Virus record (IMG/VR): IMGVR_UViG_3300009151_000053 | Span: 18,213-82,212 of that record | Source: a virus | Reading direction: 5' to 3' (one strand) | Length of the DNA: 64,000 bases | In this document: positions 20,266 through 30,256 of the stretch, in pieces | Position numbering within the stretch: the first letter of the stretch is position 1 | Layout of the letters: every line of letters starts with the position of its first letter | Position numbers and translations under genes: made by a program | Notes under the pieces: model-generated | Databases searched by the model: none | What the model was told of the DNA's origin: nothing | The model's input: the letters and a program-made list of their open reading frames with translations, nothing else

Positions 20266-23200
20266 TTCGCTCTAGTAAAGTGATAGTCGCCGTCCATAAA
20301 TCCACCACAAAACATTCCGCCAACTTTTACAAAGCCAATAGAGATTAAATAATCTGTAATCTCTTGGACTTTTGGTGCGCCAATGTTGTAATCAACTGTT
20401 TGCATCTCTAGAATAATGTCTTTACAGTTCTTAAGAACTTCAGTAGCACCTCTTAATATGTCAAGTTCTGCACCTTGAACATCCATCTTAATCAGATCAG
20501 GCAGAGGCAATCTTTTGTTTTTAACAACAGTATCTAATGTCATCGCGATCTTTTGAACTTTTGCAGATGGCGGAAACAGTTCTGCTGCCCGTGGGCTTAA
20601 CTCTACATTTTCATCATAATAAGAGTTGCCACCAGGATGTTCTGTGTTTTGATTAAAGTCTACAACTTTAAAGTTTGTGTCTGATAGAACACCCAATGAA
20701 TATTTGTGACCATAATCGTCATACAGAAACTTAACAGCATCCATCGCCTCAAATAACACATACTCGGAATCTGGCCAAACTGGTTTTGCAGCATTTGTCC
20801 AATGAAGTACACATGCGCCAATGTCATAGATTACTTTTGGATTGATACCGCTTTCTTTCATCTTGAAAAGATAATCTATATGTTGTTTTGGTATCAAATC
20901 CATTTTGCCTAGTTCTCTAAGTCTGGTCTGTTCTGGAGTTTCCCCAAAGCATTCCGCTACCGCTTCTTTAAAACCGCTCATATCTGCTATAGGTTTGCCG
21001 TTGTAAAGATTTGTGTTTTGCGATTCCACTCGAAACACACGTTCGCCAATATGACCACAAACGATAGAAGTATCAACCCAAATACCATAACCTTTTGCAT
21101 TTGCTTTTTTACAGAAGTCCAAATCTTCGCTAAATGTGTTAGCAAAATCCAAAGTTTGGTGATAGACAAACTGAGGATAACCAACGCTTGCTAAAACTTC
21201 TTTTTTAACAAGGACGCAACCGAAACCGCAACCACCAATCTCAATGAGACCCCCGTGTTCAAGAGATTCAAAAGGAACATTTCGGAAGTTCTTATCATAA
21301 ATTTCGATAACTTGGGGTTCAAGGCGTTGACGATATATACCACTAACAACGTGCTTATCATGTGAGAGCATCTTCTTTAAAGTATCAGGAGTGAAAATAA
21401 CATCATGGTCCACTGCGAAAAGATAATCATAACTGTTAACAACCCAACTAGCAATAAGGTTGCGGACTTGATCAACGGCATAGCCATAAAAATATTGGAA
21501 ATCTACCTCATAGCCATCAGGCACTTCAAGATCATAGATTGACTTAAAGGTTTGCACTTCAATATATTTGGCTGTTGGGATTGCAATCAGAATCTTCTTC
21601 TTTGGTCCACTCACTTCATTTTTTCCTATCACTTTATTTGCATTTTTTGTTTGCTCTTCACCATTGACTTTGTAATCGTTCAATGGGTTGGCGTCATTGT
21701 AGTTATATAGCACGTCTGGAATACAAACAACTTTGTCTGGATTAGCCAGTTCAAGCATCGTATAGAATACAGCAGTATCACCACCAGCCTTTAGCCAGTT
21801 ACCATTCTCATCTTTGAACGCAGACGTATCTTCAAGTCGCTTAACCAGACTAGAACTAAATGTTCTGAGGTGAGTGTAAGGCATGTTCCATGCAAATCGG
21901 TAATCACGATATGACTTATTCTGTTTTACTTCAGGTGGATATGGTTGAGCAATAAGAGGAATGTTGTCTACAACAGACCAGCAACTTCCGTAAGTAAATT
22001 CCGCACCTTCTTGGTATAAATTATTAATCTTGTGGAAGATATTAGGATCGTTTATTAGCCAATCATCACCATCAACAAGCATAATTATAGACTCGCCATA
22101 ATGCATACTTACGCTTTCTAACATCGTTTCGATTTGGTTACAAACAGCACCTTTATTTTCTTCATTTTTACGAAGAAAGAAATCTATCTCAGTATTATAA
22201 TACATTTGAATTGCTTTATTAGCAACTTCGTATGTGTTATCTGTTGAACAATCATCGATTACCCAAATGGTATAATGTGAATAATCTTGTGCAGCGATTG
22301 ACTTGATACATCTCTCGATATATTTCTCAGCATTATAAACCGGAACGATCACATCAATATGCATGGACCGACGATATCTTGGCTCTTGCAACTCTTCTGG
22401 ATTAGTGAAGCGGCGACCAAATACCTTATGCACATCATGATTGATCTTCGAGACTTTGCGATATTCTGAAACAGGAAGATAATCGCCTAATGCTTTATAG
22501 AAGTGCTGCTTCCACTGAAGAGCAACCGTATCCCATGTGCAGATATCCTTGATCTGATTGCAAGCATACATCTTCTGCTGGTGAAGGTACTTGTCGTTAT
22601 ACGCTCGTTCGAGCATATCAACAAACCGCTCTACTTGAAAATCGGTATTAATATTTGGAAACAAACTGTTCGGCACAATCGGATATGGAACCTTGTAACA
22701 AGCCATATCAATAGCAGTCTCTTCCAATGCACCGAAGTTGCAAGTGACAAGAGGCGTATTATAAAAAAGAGACTCTAGCGTAGAGATGCCAAATGTTTCA
22801 GGAAACGCGGTAGGGTAGACCATATAAGATGCTTTAGCAAGAATCTCTGCGATTTCTTTTTGAGGAATGATTCCAGTGAAGTCGATTTTATCGCCATACT
22901 TTGCAACTAACTCGTGGTATTTTTCCTCTAACTCATCTGGTGGTGAATCATCACGAAACTTGTAATATCCACCAATAACCTTAAGTTTCGCATGTGGAAC
23001 TCGTTCAAGAAATTTTGGCCACACTCTTTCGATAAGAGGAATCATACCCTTTGACACTGATGCATTATAGACAAACAAATCAGGGTCTTTGTCGCGCACA
23101 TCAACCCAATCAATATGCTTCTTCATTCCGTTGCGTGTCTGGAAGATATACTTCTTCATGGTCTCAAACATACGCTTGCCGCCATGATCACAATTACTAG

Positions 23201-23660
23201 TATATGAAGTGTGGAAGTCTGACAGAGTAAATACTTTATCAATTCTACCAGCAACCAAGAAAGGCTCAATTAATTGATCGCCATCACAGAAAGTATCGTG
23301 CATCCACAGTACTTTGTAATTGGCTTTAAAATTATCAAAGTTTGGAAGATTTACAAACGACTTAAACGATTGTTTAAGTTCTGGAGGAGAGAATACTGCA
23401 ACTGACCTTGAAGCAATAATAATATCATATTCTAATGTTTTTCCCTCGATATATGATAAAGGTCTGTAAAGAACTCCATCATATTCTCCAGGAACAGAAT
23501 TATCACTGCTACAGTCATTGTAAACGGTAACATCAAATCCTACTTTGACAAGTTCTTTTGCCATAAGAATAACAGCAGACTCAGAGCCACCAAGCCCACG
23601 TTTTTCTAAAGTGCTTCCATCATATGAAAGTCCCAACACATCAACAATCGCAATCTTCAT
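20262..23660 (-). CDS. Multidomain glycosyltransferase: GT4 (GT-B) + GT2 + second GT-A + FkbM-type methyltransferase
   Basis: Start revised to ATG 23660 behind GGAG. GGSE...ETFGISTLE (E-x7-E); VIVPVYNAEKYI...DDCSTD...VDGDD; ILIAIPT...VDHD...GFGCVLV...SEDLDFC...GHIG; IYDIGAC...IKMDVQGAELDIL. Confidence 0.88.
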   Translation of the reverse strand: MKIAIVDVLGLSYDGSTLEKRGLGGSESAVILMAKELVKVGFDVTVYNDCSSDNSVPGEYDGVLYRPLSYIEGKTLEYDIIIASRSVAVFSPPELKQSFKSFVNLPNFDNFKANYKVLWMHDTFCDGDQLIEPFLVAGRIDKVFTLSDFHTSYTSNCDHGGKRMFETMKKYIFQTRNGMKKHIDWVDVRDKDPDLFVYNASVSKGMIPLIERVWPKFLERVPHAKLKVIGGYYKFRDDSPPDELEEKYHELVAKYGDKIDFTGIIPQKEIAEILAKASYMVYPTAFPETFGISTLESLFYNTPLVTCNFGALEETAIDMACYKVPYPIVPNSLFPNINTDFQVERFVDMLERAYNDKYLHQQKMYACNQIKDICTWDTVALQWKQHFYKALGDYLPVSEYRKVSKINHDVHKVFGRRFTNPEELQEPRYRRSMHIDVIVPVYNAEKYIERCIKSIAAQDYSHYTIWVIDDCSTDNTYEVANKAIQMYYNTEIDFFLRKNEENKGAVCNQIETMLESVSMHYGESIIMLVDGDDWLINDPNIFHKINNLYQEGAEFTYGSCWSVVDNIPLIAQPYPPEVKQNKSYRDYRFAWNMPYTHLRTFSSSLVKRLEDTSAFKDENGNWLKAGGDTAVFYTMLELANPDKVVCIPDVLYNYNDANPLNDYKVNGEEQTKNANKVIGKNEVSGPKKKILIAIPTAKYIEVQTFKSIYDLEVPDGYEVDFQYFYGYAVDQVRNLIASWVVNSYDYLFAVDHDVIFTPDTLKKMLSHDKHVVSGIYRQRLEPQVIEIYDKNFRNVPFESLEHGGLIEIGGCGFGCVLVKKEVLASVGYPQFVYHQTLDFANTFSEDLDFCKKANAKGYGIWVDTSIVCGHIGERVFRVESQNTNLYNGKPIADMSGFKEAVAECFGETPEQTRLRELGKMDLIPKQHIDYLFKMKESGINPKVIYDIGACVLHWTNAAKPVWPDSEYVLFEAMDAVKFLYDDYGHKYSLGVLSDTNFKVVDFNQNTEHPGGNSYYDENVELSPRAAELFPPSAKVQKIAMTLDTVVKNKRLPLPDLIKMDVQGAELDILRGATEVLKNCKDIILEMQTVDYNIGAPKVQEITDYLISIGFVKVGGMFCGGFMDGDYHFTRAN

Positions 23661-23683
23661 TTCACACTCCAATAAATCATTCT

Positions 23684-23691
23684 TATAAATA
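23684..23691 (+). promoter_or_regulatory. Late promoter TATAAATA for the collagen-fibre operon
   Basis: Exact consensus, intergenic, upstream of ORF 23767 (AGGAG RBS). Confidence 0.75.
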
Positions 23692-23720
23692 AGTCTACTA
23701 TAGATTCTGTAGTAAGTCAA
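23692..23720 (-). promoter_or_regulatory. sigma70-type promoter TTGACT-N17-TAGACT for the glycosyltransferase
   Basis: Minus strand reads ttgact tactacagaatctatag tagact, about 30 nt upstream of ATG 23660. Confidence 0.7.
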
Positions 23721-23766
23721 CTATATAGTTGTCTTCATAAAGATACATATCGACTAGGAGAGCCAT

Positions 23767-24579
23767 ATGGCTGCTATTAAAGATGTCAAGTTTAAGAGAA
23801 CGTCTGTTCCTGGAAAGGTGCCGACGCTTGCCGACATTAGTGTTGGTGAACTTGCAATCAATCTGGTCGATAAGAAACTTTATACAGCAAACACAACAGC
23901 AGTTTTTGAACTAGGCGGAAATCTCACAAACTTAAACGTGAGCAACACCGCAACGATCAATACGGCTAGTATCTTCACACTTAGCGCAAATGGCGCAGTT
24001 GGTCTTCCTGGACAAGGATTGACTTCTAACGGCACGTCTATCTATTGGTCTAATAATCCAGGTTATACAGGATCACAGGGTGTTATTGGTTATACTGGCT
24101 CTTTTGGATTTACAGGATATACAGGATCGTTTGGATACACTGGCTCGCAGGGTGTTATCGGTTATACAGGATCATTCGGCTACACAGGTTCATTCGGCTA
24201 CACGGGTTCGTTTGGCTATACTGGCTCTAAAGGTGTTGATGGTACGATTGGCGTAGACGGCTACACAGGTTCTCAAGGTGTTATAGGTTACACTGGTTCG
24301 AAGGGTGCTGATGGGATTATTGGTTATAATGGTTCAATTGGCTATACTGGTTCTCAAGGTGTTATCGGTTACACAGGTTCCAGAGGAACTGATGGGATAA
24401 TCGGGTATAATGGTTCTAATGGCTACACAGGTTCTCAGGGCGCGACTGGCTACGTTGGATCACAAGGCATCGGTTACACAGGTTCTGCTGGCATCACGAC
24501 ATCATATGTATTTGATGGTGGTAGCCCAACAGCAGATTATTCATTAGGTCCAGCATTTGATTGCGGAGGAGTTTATTAA
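23767..24579 (+). CDS. GYTGS collagen-like fibre segment
   Basis: N-terminal KFKRTSVPGKVP...GELAINLVDKKLY, GYTGSx repeats, C-terminal FDGGSP...FDCGGVY. Confidence 0.8.
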   Translation: MAAIKDVKFKRTSVPGKVPTLADISVGELAINLVDKKLYTANTTAVFELGGNLTNLNVSNTATINTASIFTLSANGAVGLPGQGLTSNGTSIYWSNNPGYTGSQGVIGYTGSFGFTGYTGSFGYTGSQGVIGYTGSFGYTGSFGYTGSFGYTGSKGVDGTIGVDGYTGSQGVIGYTGSKGADGIIGYNGSIGYTGSQGVIGYTGSRGTDGIIGYNGSNGYTGSQGATGYVGSQGIGYTGSAGITTSYVFDGGSPTADYSLGPAFDCGGVY

Positions 24580-26714
24580 TGGCTAACATTCAATTCCAAC
24601 TTAGAAGAGGCACTGCTGCACAGTGGACAGCCGCTAACACAACTCTTGCTGCTGGTGAAATCGGTATTGAAACTGATACACAACTGTTCAAGATCGGCAA
24701 CGGCTCTACATCATGGAACATTTTGTCATATGGTGGTTTGCGCGGTTATGTTGGTTCTCAGGGAACAACTGGATATACTGGCTCGCAAGGCGCGACAGGC
24801 TATACCGGATCGATGGGCTATACTGGCTCAATCGGTTATACAGGGTCTCAAGGCGTAACAGGTTATACTGGATCATTGGGTTATACTGGATCATTGGGTT
24901 ATACTGGATCATTGGGTTATACTGGATCACTAGGATATACAGGTTCTAAGGGTGATATTGGTTACAGTGGATCATTTGGTTACACCGGATCGCTAGGATA
25001 TACTGGTTCGTTTGGTTATACTGGCTCGCAAGGTGTTATTGGTTATACAGGTTCTAAGGGTGATGTTGGTGCTCAAGGACCTCAAGGTCAGTTTGGTGGT
25101 GCTGCATTTGAATACAACTACAGCAATAATACAGCAAACACCGATCCAACTGCTGGTTATTTAAAGTTTAATAGCACAAATCTTGCTACAGCAACATCAA
25201 TGTATATTGATTATCTTGATATCACTTCTACAAGTGCATATAACTATTTGCAAACGATTGACGATTCTACATCTGCTATTAAAGGAACATTTAGACTTGA
25301 AGAAAAAGCAAATAATGCAAACTTTGCTTATTTCTCTATTACGGGTAATCACACAGAATCTGGTCCTGGTGGATATTTTACAGTTCCTATCGCATGGTTA
25401 AATGGCGTAACTTCATTCACTAATGGATTAGATTCTATTATTACATTCGTTAGAACTGGTGATAAAGGTGACACAGGTTATACTGGATCGCAAGGAATTA
25501 TTGGTTATACAGGCTCGTTCGGTTATACTGGATCACTAGGATATACAGGCTCACTCGGCTATACAGGTTCTAAGGGTGATATTGGTTACAGTGGATCATT
25601 TGGTTACACCGGATCGCTAGGATATACTGGTTCGTTTGGCTATACAGGTTCACTTGGCTACACTGGATCGCTAGGATATACTGGTTCGTTTGGTTATACT
25701 GGCTCGCAAGGTGATATTGGTTACAGTGGATCATTTGGTTACACCGGATCGCTAGGATATGTTGGTTCTCAAGGACCAACTCCAGTATCAACCATATACA
25801 CTGCACAATCACTCAATCTAACTGGTGGTGTGTATGTTTCTGGTTCTTTATCAAGTGTTCAAACATTCAACGATGGAAACAGTTATACGATCACTGATGG
25901 TACAGGAACAGGTCCAGCATGGTATATTGATTTCGGATTTACTGGTGTTACATCTTTTAACCAAGTTGATTTAAATATTCAATACACAGTAAGTTCTGGT
26001 CATACAATCTATGTTCAGTTATACAACTATGCTATTGCTGGTTGGGACAACGTTGCGCAATATAGTGGTCTAACTGGATATACACAGTTTCAGTTAGGTG
26101 TTATTTCTAGTACAAACTATATTAATGCTGGTGCGGCAACTGTAAGACTTTACCATAGTAACACTGGTACTGCTGGTCACACAACAAATATTGAATATGT
26201 ATCTATCGTAGATTCTATTGCTGGTGGTCAAGGTCCTAGAGGATTTACTGGATACACAGGTTCTATTGGTTATACTGGTTCTCAAGGCGTTATTGGATAT
26301 ACTGGTTCTCAAGGTATTATTGGTTATACTGGTTCTCAAGGCGTTATTGGATATACTGGTTCTCAAGGTATTATTGGTTATACTGGATCGCTTGGTTACA
26401 CAGGTTCACAAGGTGTAATCGGTTATACAGGTTCTACGGCAGCATTAGCAATATTTACATCGCCCACAAGTCTTACAATGTCTTCGACCTATGGTGCATA
26501 CTTTGCTAACCACACAACAGGAACAATCACTTTTACATTACCCGATGCTACATTAAATACAGGTATCTTGTTGCACATTAAAAACATAAATACAGGCATA
26601 TTAAACATAGCAGGAACGCAAAATATCGATTCTAGCGCAACACCACTAATAATGCAGTATAGAAACTCATCTGTTAGACTTATAAGCGATGGAACAAGTT
26701 GGAAAATCTTTTAA
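24579..26714 (+). CDS. GYTGS collagen-like fibre with Mtd-type N-terminal domain and globular inserts
   Basis: Start revised to the TAATG overlap. QLRRGTAAQW...LAAGEIGIETDT..FKIGNG...W; three GYTGS blocks; C-terminal TLPDA...ISDGTSW domain. Confidence 0.82.
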   Translation: MANIQFQLRRGTAAQWTAANTTLAAGEIGIETDTQLFKIGNGSTSWNILSYGGLRGYVGSQGTTGYTGSQGATGYTGSMGYTGSIGYTGSQGVTGYTGSLGYTGSLGYTGSLGYTGSLGYTGSKGDIGYSGSFGYTGSLGYTGSFGYTGSQGVIGYTGSKGDVGAQGPQGQFGGAAFEYNYSNNTANTDPTAGYLKFNSTNLATATSMYIDYLDITSTSAYNYLQTIDDSTSAIKGTFRLEEKANNANFAYFSITGNHTESGPGGYFTVPIAWLNGVTSFTNGLDSIITFVRTGDKGDTGYTGSQGIIGYTGSFGYTGSLGYTGSLGYTGSKGDIGYSGSFGYTGSLGYTGSFGYTGSLGYTGSLGYTGSFGYTGSQGDIGYSGSFGYTGSLGYVGSQGPTPVSTIYTAQSLNLTGGVYVSGSLSSVQTFNDGNSYTITDGTGTGPAWYIDFGFTGVTSFNQVDLNIQYTVSSGHTIYVQLYNYAIAGWDNVAQYSGLTGYTQFQLGVISSTNYINAGAATVRLYHSNTGTAGHTTNIEYVSIVDSIAGGQGPRGFTGYTGSIGYTGSQGVIGYTGSQGIIGYTGSQGVIGYTGSQGIIGYTGSLGYTGSQGVIGYTGSTAALAIFTSPTSLTMSSTYGAYFANHTTGTITFTLPDATLNTGILLHIKNINTGILNIAGTQNIDSSATPLIMQYRNSSVRLISDGTSWKIF

Positions 26715-26725
26715 GGAAATAAAGA

Positions 26726-28255
26726 ATGGCATATTTCGAAGTCTCAAACTTAGCCGATTCCAGTCTTTTATCGTCCACAACGATTGGCTCGGCTTATACC
26801 AACGTCACACTTACTAACGGTAGTGCTACGATCAGCGGTCTTAGCGGGCTAAACAGCACTTATCTTGGCGATTATATTAACAGCACTGCTGGTTTTCCTA
26901 TCGGCACATTTATTGTTTCTATTACAAATGCCACAACGGCGGTGTTGTCAGCACCATATACTGGTGTAACAACTTCTACTGCTACGCTCGCTCTATATCC
27001 TTTAACTGGTCCTTCTATTGATACAACTGGTTATCCATCTATCGTGCTTCAGTTGGGTGGTGTTTTTGTTGGTCAGATGTATATCGAAGGATCAAATGAC
27101 AACACTAACTGGGATAAACTTTATGTTCTTCCGTTGAATGATGTTGTTTTGACTGATGACATTACGTCTATGGGTAACTATCATTTAAAGACATCAACAA
27201 GATATATTCGCTACAACTTCCAGCAAATATTCAATGGTACACCAACATTAACGATTTATGGAAGATCAGGTACTGGTCCTTCTGCTGCTGATGGTCTGTC
27301 TCTTGCGTTATCACAAGAACAGAATATTCCACTTAACGTCAACTTGTCATCAGGTATAAAGAAAGATTCTACCAACGCTCTGTTTATTTCTGATGCTCCT
27401 ACGCTTGTTCAGTTAGTTGCGGCAGTCGGTCAAATAACTGTTATCGATATGCAGGGTTATAATACGATTCACTTAACGACTAATGCATATGCAGCATCTG
27501 GTGGTTTCCAAATATCAAACTCAAATGACGGTACAGCAACATCATTTGCTACCAACCAGGCTGCTCTTTCATCTGCAACCGGTGGTACTATGTCTACTGC
27601 TATTGTTGCTTCTACAACATATGCATTTACTCCGAATGCTCGTTATGTGCGTATTGTTTGCACAACCGCAGGTATGTTATCATATTTCTTACGCAACACA
27701 CCAAACAGTGGCATCGTAGCACAAAACTTAACAGCAATCGGTGGTGCTGCTGTATCTTCTACTGCCGCACAACTTGGCGTTAACGTTGTACAGTTTGCTG
27801 GTTCGTTTGTCAACGGCGGTGTTGCTGGTTCTATAAGCGTCGGCGGCGCATCAGCCGTAGGTGTTGCACCAACTTATAACTATCTTGGCGCAAGCGGCAT
27901 CGATACTTCTGGTTTGGCTAGACGTATTCTTTCTGATACAACAGGCCGTTTGCAGATAGCAGGATTCAACGCAATCTCTGCACAGTTTGCAAACACTTCT
28001 ACAACAAACCCATTAACCGCAGTTGGTGCAATCACTGGCACAAACCAGGCAACGGCTGCATTAAACGTTCAAGACACTGCTCAATTTGAAGGACAATCTC
28101 TTGTTGAATTGCTTGCCTTGATGTTACTAGAATTGCGTATTGCTAATCAACAGCGATATGAAATGGTATACCTGCTAAATAATGGTATACAAAACGCAAT
28201 GGACCCACCTGAAAACTTCAGAAACGATTCATCATCTCTCTTCTTCGTACAATAA
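26726..28255 (+). CDS. Fibre-associated structural protein
   Basis: 509 aa, A/T/S-rich; IEGSNDNTNW...RYIR beta domains; C-terminal LLELRIAN helix. Confidence 0.65.
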   Translation: MAYFEVSNLADSSLLSSTTIGSAYTNVTLTNGSATISGLSGLNSTYLGDYINSTAGFPIGTFIVSITNATTAVLSAPYTGVTTSTATLALYPLTGPSIDTTGYPSIVLQLGGVFVGQMYIEGSNDNTNWDKLYVLPLNDVVLTDDITSMGNYHLKTSTRYIRYNFQQIFNGTPTLTIYGRSGTGPSAADGLSLALSQEQNIPLNVNLSSGIKKDSTNALFISDAPTLVQLVAAVGQITVIDMQGYNTIHLTTNAYAASGGFQISNSNDGTATSFATNQAALSSATGGTMSTAIVASTTYAFTPNARYVRIVCTTAGMLSYFLRNTPNSGIVAQNLTAIGGAAVSSTAAQLGVNVVQFAGSFVNGGVAGSISVGGASAVGVAPTYNYLGASGIDTSGLARRILSDTTGRLQIAGFNAISAQFANTSTTNPLTAVGAITGTNQATAALNVQDTAQFEGQSLVELLALMLLELRIANQQRYEMVYLLNNGIQNAMDPPENFRNDSSSLFFVQ

Positions 28256-28278
28256 ACAAACTCTAAAGGAGACATTAT

Positions 28279-28932
28279 ATGTTAGTACAAAAACAAGTAG
28301 GACCAGTGACTACAACTTCATCTTTGGCTGCTGGTGCCGCAATCAACGGTCGTCTTGGAAACATGGGTGAGGATATCGTATCCGAACTGCACGGTCGTTA
28401 TTATGAAACAACTTATCGTCGTGCAATGTTCACTGGTGCTACTCAGGCTGTCATCGCAACTGCTACTGTTGCAGGTCCAACTGCTTCAACGACTGGCGTT
28501 CCTGTGTTGTATAATCCAATCGGTAACGTCAACAACGTGATTATTACAAAGGTAGGCGTAGGCTTTGTTCTAACCCCAGCCGCTCCTCTTGTATATGGTA
28601 TTGCTACCGGTTACAATGGTGCCACTGCCGTTTCTGGTACTTTAACTTCTGTAACCCCTAAGAACCGTTTCATCGGTCTTGGTGCCGCTCCAACTGCCGC
28701 GATGTATTTCTCGGCTGCTATCACTCTTCCAACTGCACCAACTGCTGATATTATCTTGGGCGTTGTTGATCAAGGTGCTGTCACAGTCTCTTCAGTTGGA
28801 CCAGCCTCGATGGTCGATCTTGAAGGAAGCATCATTCTTCCTCCAGGTGCGTATGCGACTATTTACACTTCAGCCGTAATGGTTGCTTCTTCGTTGCTCG
28901 CTTCGTTCCAGTGGGAAGAAGTTCCTATCTAA
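28279..28932 (+). CDS. Putative fibre-tip protein, paralog of 39587
   Basis: MLVQKQVG...VSELHGRYYET...DLEGSIILPPG...WEEVP; AGGAG RBS. Confidence 0.7.
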   Translation: MLVQKQVGPVTTTSSLAAGAAINGRLGNMGEDIVSELHGRYYETTYRRAMFTGATQAVIATATVAGPTASTTGVPVLYNPIGNVNNVIITKVGVGFVLTPAAPLVYGIATGYNGATAVSGTLTSVTPKNRFIGLGAAPTAAMYFSAAITLPTAPTADIILGVVDQGAVTVSSVGPASMVDLEGSIILPPGAYATIYTSAVMVASSLLASFQWEEVPI

Positions 28933-28944
28933 GTATTGCTTAAG

Positions 28945-28974
28945 ATATGGGGGATTTATTCCCCCATATTTTTT
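28945..28974 (+). terminator. Rho-independent terminator
   Basis: Perfect 10-bp stem ATATGGGGGA / TCCCCCATAT, 5-nt loop, then a T-run. Confidence 0.85.
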
Positions 28975-28991
28975 ATCTCTGTACAATCATA

Positions 28992-28999
28992 ACTAAATA
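28992..28999 (+). promoter_or_regulatory. Late-promoter variant ACTAAATA
   Basis: Lies between the terminator and ORF 29024. Confidence 0.5.
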
Positions 29000-29023
29000 A
29001 TAGTTGCAACAGAGAAAGTTAAA

Positions 29024-30256
29024 ATGAACACGAGTATTATATACGTTTCATCCAATACAGACCCTCAGTCAATAGATTCTATATCTTTGGCTGAGGTTCA
29101 CTCTGTCCAGTACACAATACAAGCATCCACAAATACTGGTATCAGTGTTTCTAAATGCCAAGTTACTCATGATGGTGTTACGATTGGTGATATTCAAAGA
29201 GGATATACACTTAACAATGGTGCACCTCTAGAATATTCAACTGACATTACCAACTATTCTGGTAGATTAATGGTAACTCCATCTGCTAACGTCACTACAT
29301 TTAAGATTCAAAAAGAAACTATTGAATGTAACGTCTATTCAGAGAACACACAAAGCGGAAGAATGATCAAGGCTACTGAAGGCTTTGCTGTTGATTATGT
29401 TTCATCTCTAAACAATGCTACAGTTAGACAAATCAACAACAATCAATATGTATCACCAACAACATTTGTTACAGCAGGAACTCTTGGTCCTATTGCAACT
29501 AAGAATGAACTGTTTCTGAATACAACATTTGCTGATAACTCTGCATGGATTCCTTACAATGATAGTGTTCTGGTTGTTGATAATGGTTACGGATCAATAA
29601 CTAGTTATAACAATATTAACAACTTCTACTATCAAGCAATAGATGTTGTTCCTGGTAGAAACTACAGAGTCTCTGGTACTGGCTACACGACTAATGATGG
29701 GACTGTTCGTATTGGTTCTTCATTGGAGTTAGATGATTATGCTATATACTCGTTAACAAGAACTGATGCTACATTTGATATTCTGTTCTCACCTAAAGTC
29801 AATAGAATATATGTTTCTGTTGGTCATGGATCAGAAGGAACAACTACAACTGTTAGCAATATGTCTTTTAAGGAATCTGTACCGTTTCATACATACAATC
29901 AGACTCAAGGAACGTTTTATCTAAAGTTTAACTCTATAACTGCTGGAACAACATTAGCAACGTTTACTGCTACTGATACTCTAACAAGAACTATTAGTAT
30001 ATCATTAGGGAACAATCTCATTATAACCGAAGATCAAACGGATGTCAATAGCGGAACCCAACTTTCTGTAAATAAACTTGCTTTTTCTTATTCAGAAGCA
30101 GGGATCATTTCTTCGTTGAATGGTGCTCCTGTTGTTCAGGCTGATGCATCAATCGTTGACAATATGAAGACGCTGTATTTTGCCACTCTTCCATTAGAGT
30201 TTGCTTATGTGTCTGATGTTCTGGCTAACTCACAACTGATAGCGATGACGACGTAA
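29024..30256 (+). CDS. Structural protein with possible carbohydrate-binding jelly-roll
   Basis: N-terminal SVQYTIQA...VTHDG resembles the C-terminal domain of 14658; the central ELF.N.TF...W...VVPGRNYRVS segment is CBM-like. Confidence 0.55.
   Translation: MNTSIIYVSSNTDPQSIDSISLAEVHSVQYTIQASTNTGISVSKCQVTHDGVTIGDIQRGYTLNNGAPLEYSTDITNYSGRLMVTPSANVTTFKIQKETIECNVYSENTQSGRMIKATEGFAVDYVSSLNNATVRQINNNQYVSPTTFVTAGTLGPIATKNELFLNTTFADNSAWIPYNDSVLVVDNGYGSITSYNNINNFYYQAIDVVPGRNYRVSGTGYTTNDGTVRIGSSLELDDYAIYSLTRTDATFDILFSPKVNRIYVSVGHGSEGTTTTVSNMSFKESVPFHTYNQTQGTFYLKFNSITAGTTLATFTATDTLTRTISISLGNNLIITEDQTDVNSGTQLSVNKLAFSYSEAGIISSLNGAPVVQADASIVDNMKTLYFATLPLEFAYVSDVLANSQLIAMTT

Noticed and set aside
23661-23720. 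N-terminal 20 aa of the GT as given in the ORF track (TTG start)
   Set aside because: This stretch holds the promoter elements; the GGAG-preceded ATG at 23660 is the better start. Similar over-extensions were trimmed for 24561, 31562, 32983, 35755, 43124, 54030, 60917 and 62187.
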